The notes beneath the pieces were generated by a model, which was not told the origin of the DNA, did no database searches, and saw only the letters and a program-made list of their open reading frames with translations. DNA of 64,000 nt from Chryseobacterium sp. (GTDB lineage: Bacteria > Bacteroidota > Bacteroidia > Flavobacteriales > Weeksellaceae). The position numbers and the translations under genes were made by a program. Below, one piece after another: positions 57,783 to 64,000 of the stretch (positions are counted from its first letter, which is position 1; every line of letters begins with the position of its first letter). The DNA lies in the NCBI RefSeq assembly GCF_031277615.1, contig NZ_JAITMC010000038.1; one strand, given 5' to 3'.

Positions 57783-58409
57783 ATGATTTCAAAAGAAGAA
57801 AATATATTATTCGCCGCAGAGAAGCTTTTTGCAGAAAAAGGTTTCGACGGAACTTCAACCCGGGAGATCTCAAAGGCAGCCAATGTAAACATCTCCATGA
57901 TCTCTTACTATTTCGGATCAAAAGAAAAATTATACGAGAGCCTTGTTGAATACAGAATGAATGAAGGCCAGTTTTTCTCCAAAGACCTTTTGGAAAGAAC
58001 AGACATCAATGAGTGGCAGAAAATCGAAAGAATTGTAGACCAGTTTTCAGGAAGAGTCAGACATCATAAATGTTTTTACAGGATTATGCAGCGTGAGCAG
58101 CTTCATACTCAGAATCCACAGATTATTGAATTTCTGAAACAAACGAAAATGGGCTTCATTTCCATGTATTCCCAGGTCCTGGAAAGCGGTCTGAAGAAGG
58201 GGATATTTACTAAAAACCCTCCTATTTATCTGCTTCATTCCACCATCAGCGGAACCTTATTCTACGCATCCAACGCCAAAGAAATGTATAAGGAATTCCT
58301 GAATGATACAGAGGATGAAGACGTTTTTGACGAAAAGTACTACACAGAACTTAATAAACATATAAAATATTTACTAAAAGACCTTTTAGGTTATGAAGAG
58401 AATAAATAA
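57783..58409 (+). CDS. TetR/AcrR-family regulator
   Basis: AAEKLFAEKGFDGTSTREISKAANVNISMISYYFGSKE. Confidence 0.95.
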   Translation: MISKEENILFAAEKLFAEKGFDGTSTREISKAANVNISMISYYFGSKEKLYESLVEYRMNEGQFFSKDLLERTDINEWQKIERIVDQFSGRVRHHKCFYRIMQREQLHTQNPQIIEFLKQTKMGFISMYSQVLESGLKKGIFTKNPPIYLLHSTISGTLFYASNAKEMYKEFLNDTEDEDVFDEKYYTELNKHIKYLLKDLLGYEENK

Positions 58410-59709
58410 CTCGGTGATGGCTTTGTCTCTGTTTATGGGACTTACGGCCATCCATGCTCAGGAGAAAAAACAGCTCAGTCTTGATGAAGCCGTGCAGCTG
58501 GGAATCCAGAACAGCAAAAGCCTTAAGATAGATGCCGCTAAGATTGAAGAAGCAACGGCCAATCTTTTGGAAGCGAAGAACAGACAGCTTCCGGAACTGA
58601 AGATTTCGGGCAGCTATATGTATCTTCCCAGCAAACCCACCGTTGATCTGAAAATTCCAATGGGATCAGGAGGAGCCGGCGGACCGGAAGTACATCAGGT
58701 AGCGTATGGATCAGCCAACCTGAGCGTGCCTATTTACAGCGGAGGAAGAATCAAGTATGGTATCCAGTCGGCAAAATATCTGGTAGAAGCTTCAAAATTA
58801 AGCACAGAGAACGATAAGATTGCTATTGCTTATAATGTGGCCCAGGCATATAATAATTTGTTTAAAGCCAACCAGTCCATTAAAGTTTTAGAAGAAAACC
58901 TTACTGCTTCCCAAAAGAGAGACGAAACTTTCCTTAAAATGGAAAATAACGGAATCATTGCAAGAAACGACCGTTTGAAAGCAAATCTTCAGACTTCCAA
59001 TATCGAACTTCAGCTTCTGGAGGCCAAAAACAATTACAATATTGCCAATATCAATATGGACCTGTTACTGGGACTTCCTGAAACTACGGAAATAGAAGTG
59101 GATCAGAATTATATTGAAGAAGGGGATGATATCAAGCCGGTAAATTTCTACGTGAATGAAGCAAGAGAAAACCGTAAAGACCTTCAGGCTCTCGCACAGC
59201 AGAGAAGAGCGGCGGAACTGGGAACGAAAGCTGCAAAAGCAGAAAACCTACCTTCCATAGCATTTACCGGAGGGTATGTGGCCGCGGATATTCCTAAACT
59301 ATTTACCGTATACAATGCTGTAAATATAGGAGTGGGGGTTTCTTATAATCTGTCCAATATCTGGAAAGAAAACTCATCCCTGAAGCAGTCTAAAGCCAGA
59401 GAAATGCAGCTGGCCGCTACCGATGAATTACTGAATGATAACATTAAGCTGGACGTCAACAGAGAATATCAGAACACCGACTACTCTAAAAAGAGAATTG
59501 CTGTTTTCGAAAAATCTGCCGAGCAGGCTAATGAAAACTACAGGATTACCAAAAATAAATATGACAATGGCCTCGCCACAATGACTGAGCTGCTGGATGC
59601 AGATGCGGCACAGATTGCAGCCAATGTAGGGGTAATCAATGCAAAGGCAGATGCAGCACTGGCCTACAGAAAACTATTACAGACAACAGGAACTTTAACA
59701 ATTAAATAA
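58393..59709 (+). CDS. TolC-family outer-membrane efflux protein
   Basis: LSLDEAVQLGIQNS, NLSVPIYSGG, ENYRITKNKYDNGLAT..ELLDA. Confidence 0.93.
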   Translation: MKRINNSVMALSLFMGLTAIHAQEKKQLSLDEAVQLGIQNSKSLKIDAAKIEEATANLLEAKNRQLPELKISGSYMYLPSKPTVDLKIPMGSGGAGGPEVHQVAYGSANLSVPIYSGGRIKYGIQSAKYLVEASKLSTENDKIAIAYNVAQAYNNLFKANQSIKVLEENLTASQKRDETFLKMENNGIIARNDRLKANLQTSNIELQLLEAKNNYNIANINMDLLLGLPETTEIEVDQNYIEEGDDIKPVNFYVNEARENRKDLQALAQQRRAAELGTKAAKAENLPSIAFTGGYVAADIPKLFTVYNAVNIGVGVSYNLSNIWKENSSLKQSKAREMQLAATDELLNDNIKLDVNREYQNTDYSKKRIAVFEKSAEQANENYRITKNKYDNGLATMTELLDADAAQIAANVGVINAKADAALAYRKLLQTTGTLTIK

Positions 59710-59725
59710 TCAGATCGAAACCAAA

Positions 59726-60829
59726 ATGGAAAATAATAATACACAGGCAGCTGAACCGAAAAAGAAAAAAAGTTTAGTCTTTCCTATCATTTTAGCCGCT
59801 GTAGTTATTGGCGGTGGTATCTACGGGTACAGAGCTTATACGTACGGGCAGTATCATGAAGAGACCGATGATGCTCAGATTACTTCAAATATGGCTCCGG
59901 TAATTTCCAAGATTTCCGGTTATGTAGCTGAGGTGAAAGTAAAGGACAATCAGTTCGTGAAAAAAGGAGATACTCTGGTGATTCTGGATAACAGAGATCA
60001 GAAAATGGCTTTAGAGCAGTCTCAGGCAGCCCTGTCTACTGCAAAAAGCAATATATCCACTGCCGAAGCAACCACTACGGCAACCTCTAAAAATATCAAC
60101 AGTTCACAGGCCGCTGTAGCCACAGCTAATGCGCAGATTGAAGCCGCAAAGGTAAACGTATGGAAAACTTCCCAGGATCTGAAAAGATATGCCAACCTTG
60201 TGAAAGACCATTCCATTACAGAGCAGCAGTATGAGCAGGCTTTGGCAGCAAAACAGTCTGCGGATAAGCAGCTTCAGGTATTGGTGGATCAGAGAAACCA
60301 GATTGCCCAGCAGACCACAATTGCTTCTTCCCAGACGGCTGCAAGCTCTCAGCAGATCAGCGTGGCGAGTTCTGTCGCCAAGCAGAGAGAAGTAGATGTT
60401 GAAAATGCGAAACTGAACTTATCATACACGGTAATTCTGGCTCCGGAAGACGGATATGTGGGGAAAGTGCCTACTCAGGCAGGGCAGTTCCTTCAGGCAG
60501 GAGCCCAGCTTTTTGCTTTGGTGAAGAATGATCAGAAATGGGTAGTAGCCAACTTTAAAGAAACACAGGTTGATAAAATGGTGGAAGGACAGAAGGTGAA
60601 AATTGAAATTGATGCTTTCCCTGACAAAGAATTTGAAGGGGTCGTAAGCTCATTTTCACCGGCAACGGGAGCTACATTCTCCATTCTTCCTCCGGATAAC
60701 GCGAGCGGTAACTTCGTAAAAGTAGTGCAGCGTCTTCCTGTAAAAATTGATTTTGTAAATCTGGATCCATCCATTGCAAAACGATTAAGAACAGGAATGA
60801 ATGTGAAGGCAGAGGTTTCCCTTAAATAA
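59726..60829 (+). CDS. HlyD/EmrA-family membrane fusion protein
   Basis: ETDDAQI, VISKISGYV, ILAPEDG, WVVANFKETQ, NASGNFVKVVQRLPVKI. Confidence 0.95.
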   Translation: MENNNTQAAEPKKKKSLVFPIILAAVVIGGGIYGYRAYTYGQYHEETDDAQITSNMAPVISKISGYVAEVKVKDNQFVKKGDTLVILDNRDQKMALEQSQAALSTAKSNISTAEATTTATSKNINSSQAAVATANAQIEAAKVNVWKTSQDLKRYANLVKDHSITEQQYEQALAAKQSADKQLQVLVDQRNQIAQQTTIASSQTAASSQQISVASSVAKQREVDVENAKLNLSYTVILAPEDGYVGKVPTQAGQFLQAGAQLFALVKNDQKWVVANFKETQVDKMVEGQKVKIEIDAFPDKEFEGVVSSFSPATGATFSILPPDNASGNFVKVVQRLPVKIDFVNLDPSIAKRLRTGMNVKAEVSLK

Positions 60830-60974
60830 TATTTTAAAAAAATGGTAAAAAAGTCAATGAGCTTTACGTTCAATAGTGAATTTACATTGCAGTCAATTAC
60901 ATAAACTGTTTTAAAATTTACCATTCATCTGCGAAGCAAAATTCAGCATTGACTTTTTCCTTTGAAAAAAACTT

Positions 60975-62552
60975 ATGCAAGAATCATTAGTAGAATATGG
61001 AGCACGGAGGGTAATCATTACGATTACGGCAATCCTGTGTGCTCTGCTTGAAATTGTGGACTCCACGATTGTGAATGTTGCCCTGAATGAGATGAAAGGG
61101 AACCTTGGAGCCACACTTTCTGAAGTAGGCTGGGTGATTACCGCCTATGCAATCGGGAACGTGATTATCGTACCGATGACGAGCTGGCTTTCACAGCAGT
61201 TCGGGCGAAGAAACTACTTTGCAGCCTCCATTATTATATTTACGGTATTTTCGTTTTTATGCGGAAATGCCACCAATATATGGGAACTCGTATTTTTCAG
61301 GCTAATGCAGGGAATCGGGGGAGGAGCGCTTCTGGTAACCTCACAAACGATCATTACGGAATCTTATCCTATTGAGAAAAGAAGTATGGCACAGGCCATT
61401 TACGGGCTGGGAGTAATCATCGGTCCCACATTGGGGCCACCGTTGGGAGGATATATCGTAGACAATTACAGCTGGCCGTATATCTTTTACATCAATATTC
61501 CGATCGGGATTGCTGCAACGCTGATGACGCTTCAGTTTGTAAGAAGTCCGAAATATGCTGAGAAACGTAAGGTTTCGGATGTAGACTGGCTCGGAATTGC
61601 TTTATTGGCCGTAACGGTAGGTTCATTACAGTTTATCCTGGAAAGAGGGCATGAAGAAGACTGGTTTGAAAGCGGGATGATCGTAACCTTTACCGCAACA
61701 GCAGTATTAGGGTTTATCCTTTTCCTCTGGCGGGAACTTACTTTCAAGTATCCGATTGTTGAACTCAGGGTACTGAAAAACGGGAATCTGAGGATCGGTA
61801 CGATAATGTCATTTGTTTTAGGGTTTGGACTCTATGGTTCTACGTTTATCGTTCCGTTGTATACCCAGAGTATTTTGGGATGGACGGCACTTCAGTCGGG
61901 AGCGCTGATGATTCCGGCAGCTCTTACAACTGCTTTCATGATGCCGATTATCGGAAGGCTTTTAACCAAAGGAGCAAAACAGCAGATCCTGGTATCGCTG
62001 GGGCTGTTTATCTTCTTTATCTACAGCTTCTGGGGCTATAAGATCCTGACACCGGATACCAGCAAAGATGCATTCTTCTGGATGCTGATCGTAAGAGGAG
62101 CCGGTCTGGGACTTTTATTTATCCCGATCACTTCACTGTCACTCAGTACGCTGAAAGGGCAGGAGATCGGTCAGGGAGCAGCTTTTACCGGAATGATGCG
62201 GCAGCTGGGAGGTTCTTTCGGAATTGCAGCCATTACGACTTTTATTGCCAATGCAGGCCAGAAATACAGGAACAATCTGATTTCCCATCTGGATGAGAAC
62301 AGCTTTGAAGTTCAGCAAAGGCTGGCTGCATTAAAGGCCAATTTCATTGCAAAAGGAATGACACCTGATGCCGCAATGAATGCCGCTTATAAGATGATGG
62401 ATCTTTCGGTAACGAAACAGGCTACCGTGCTTTCCTATATGGATGTCTTCCTGTATCTGGGCGTGATATTCCTGATCTGTATTCCGTTTATTCTTTTCAT
62501 TAAAGAAAGAAAAAGCAAAGAGAAGATCGATCTAAGCGAAGCGATGCACTAA
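60975..62552 (+). CDS. DHA2/EmrB-family MFS efflux permease
   Basis: LEIVDSTIVNVAL, WVITAY, FRLMQGIGGG, GPTLGPPLGG, YINIPIG, MRQLGGSFG. Confidence 0.95.
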   Translation: MQESLVEYGARRVIITITAILCALLEIVDSTIVNVALNEMKGNLGATLSEVGWVITAYAIGNVIIVPMTSWLSQQFGRRNYFAASIIIFTVFSFLCGNATNIWELVFFRLMQGIGGGALLVTSQTIITESYPIEKRSMAQAIYGLGVIIGPTLGPPLGGYIVDNYSWPYIFYINIPIGIAATLMTLQFVRSPKYAEKRKVSDVDWLGIALLAVTVGSLQFILERGHEEDWFESGMIVTFTATAVLGFILFLWRELTFKYPIVELRVLKNGNLRIGTIMSFVLGFGLYGSTFIVPLYTQSILGWTALQSGALMIPAALTTAFMMPIIGRLLTKGAKQQILVSLGLFIFFIYSFWGYKILTPDTSKDAFFWMLIVRGAGLGLLFIPITSLSLSTLKGQEIGQGAAFTGMMRQLGGSFGIAAITTFIANAGQKYRNNLISHLDENSFEVQQRLAALKANFIAKGMTPDAAMNAAYKMMDLSVTKQATVLSYMDVFLYLGVIFLICIPFILFIKERKSKEKIDLSEAMH

Positions 62553-62563
62553 TTGAAATATAC

Positions 62564-62593
62564 AAAACCTCCGGAACTGCCGGAGGTTTTTTG
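62564..62593. terminator. Bidirectional terminator between the efflux operon and doxDA
   Basis: AAAACCTCCGG-AACTG-CCGGAGGTTTT. Confidence 0.8.
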
Positions 62594-62613
62594 TTGTTAT
62601 ACAGACGTGCTGG

Positions 62614-63627
62614 TTATCGCTTAACTTCCGAAGTCCATTCCGTACCGCTGATGTCGATCAGTTTTATCTGATGAATTTCCTCCCTGTTCAATCCTTCGGT
62701 AGGAATGATGAGATCTGCTTTTGCACCGAGAGGAATGATCATGCTGTGTTTTCCCGGTTTTACTTTGGCTGTATAATGATTTTTAATGTTTTCTTTCGGG
62801 AATCCGGAAAGATCATGATGTTCCAGTGCTTTCAGGACTTCTCCGTTTTTGTTCAGAATCTGGATGCCAATAAGAAAAGACCCGTAAACATCGGCTCCTT
62901 CTGTTCTGTACACCTGAAACTGAAGATCTGAATGATGAAGAGAAACATTGGAAATTTCAACCTTTGGCTTTACGGACTTGTTATGAAGTTTTCCCCAGAC
63001 TCCGCCATGGAAATACTGGTTGGTGTATAAGGTCAGGCCAAAAATAAGTAAAGAACCTGTCAGAACAAGTATTTTGGGCTTTGCTGTCTGAAGCGGACCG
63101 GAACCCAGCCATAAGAACCATTTTTTCCGGGTAAACGGAAAGTTTTTCCTGATGAAATAATGATCCAGAGAGTATGAACTGCTTCCGGAAAGAAATAAAA
63201 CGAATCCTCCTGCAATTCCCAGAACCCCGATCTGCCATTCATCAAGACAGGTAGTCCCGATCCATCCGGAACCGAGGAGAATTCCCAGGGCAAGACCGAA
63301 AATTCCGATGCTCATTAATCTTGTAAAAAGACCCAGAATAATGAAAAGTCCAACAATGGCTTCAACGATGGTAAAGATCATCATCGATCTCTGTAAGGCG
63401 TCCGGATGGGTAACCAGATATTCTATCAGCGGTTTGATTCCTAAAGCATTGGGCAGGAAATGATTGAATTTCTCACCGATATATCCGTTTTCATCAGGAT
63501 TTAATTTGTTTTCCAGAATAAGTCTTCTCCAGAATGCCGAGAAGTAGGTCCATCCGATCACAAGACGGAGGGATAAGGTATAAAGACCCGCCAGGTCGGA
63601 AGACCGGCTGTCAGCAGTATGTTTCAT
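62614..63627 (-). CDS. Fused DoxD-DoxA (thiosulfate:quinone oxidoreductase-like) membrane protein
   Basis: LRLVIGWTYFSAFWRR, GLFTRL, SGWIGTTCLDEWQIG (DoxD); GGVWGKLHN, YRTEGADVYGSF (DoxA). Confidence 0.85.
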   Translation of the reverse strand: MKHTADSRSSDLAGLYTLSLRLVIGWTYFSAFWRRLILENKLNPDENGYIGEKFNHFLPNALGIKPLIEYLVTHPDALQRSMMIFTIVEAIVGLFIILGLFTRLMSIGIFGLALGILLGSGWIGTTCLDEWQIGVLGIAGGFVLFLSGSSSYSLDHYFIRKNFPFTRKKWFLWLGSGPLQTAKPKILVLTGSLLIFGLTLYTNQYFHGGVWGKLHNKSVKPKVEISNVSLHHSDLQFQVYRTEGADVYGSFLIGIQILNKNGEVLKALEHHDLSGFPKENIKNHYTAKVKPGKHSMIIPLGAKADLIIPTEGLNREEIHQIKLIDISGTEWTSEVKR

Positions 63628-63675
63628 GAATTGTTGATGTTAAAAGGTTGATATTAAAATAGGCTGGATCGTCTT

Positions 63676-63999
63676 TTAAACCAGATTTAATCTCAAACTT
63701 TTAAACAGAATATATTTGGGAGGGCTGTTTCCCGAAGCACTTCCGGAGTATCTACTGAAGCGTTCAGCGTCGGAAGCAAAGAATAAGGTCCTGCGGAACT
63801 CCAGGGAAGGTTTTGTATTTTTTCGTTTGCTTTGGGATTGGGAAAATGATTTTTGGAATGATTGGTTTTCCGAGGTTCCGTCACAGGAAAATACGGTACC
63901 TGCTGTAATTTTTACTTTATTTAAGCCACTGATATACTGAATATCGAAAATACTCAGCACATCCCGCTTTACAGAGCAGGGAGACAATGAAAATACGAG
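63676..63999 (-). CDS. 3' part of a hypothetical protein entering from the right edge
   Basis: The frame of ORF 63676-63987 stays open to the window end (LVFSLSPCSVKRDVLSIFDIQ...), so the true start lies outside the window. Confidence 0.55.
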   Translation of the reverse strand, partial: LVFSLSPCSVKRDVLSIFDIQYISGLNKVKITAGTVFSCDGTSENQSFQKSFSQSQSKRKNTKPSLEFRRTLFFASDAERFSRYSGSASGNSPPKYILFKSLRLNLV

Positions 64000-64000
64000 A

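Noticed and set aside
2215-63940. Numerous short or antisense ORFs in the six-frame track overlapping well-supported genes (e.g. 10188-10577, 19411-20034, 39075-39623, 44041-44505, 46364-46765)
   Set aside because: They are shadows of longer genes with clear family motifs and show no motifs of their own

Overview
Chromosomal segment of a Bacteroidota/Flavobacteriales bacterium, most likely Chryseobacterium (Weeksellaceae). Support for this: porV-porU-gldJ-murF synteny, T9SS C-terminal sorting domains, TAnnTTTG promoters and typical lipoproteins. Most of the window is housekeeping and envelope genes (purA, purK, purE, ahcY, murF, anmK, lptC, holB), plus a TonB-dependent receptor with a divergent LytS/LytTR system, a TetR-TolC-EmrAB efflux operon and a fused DoxDA (TQO-like) protein. 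The main accessory feature is a 7-kb minus-strand cassette (31447-38523) between a PPTase and a FUSC gene. It encodes a LysM protein, a LysM+DUF4280 (PAAR-like) protein, an 898-aa polymorphic effector and three lipoproteins that are candidate immunity proteins. The effector's AT-rich C-terminal half carries both a GH19 lysozyme-like domain and a LAS/M15-type Zn peptidase. No vgrG, hcp or tss genes are in the window. Intergenic DNA carries at least three families of REP/MITE-like repeats, including tandem arrays. No rRNA, tRNA, CRISPR array, integrase or transposase was recognised. All domain calls come from motif recognition by eye; no database searches were run.
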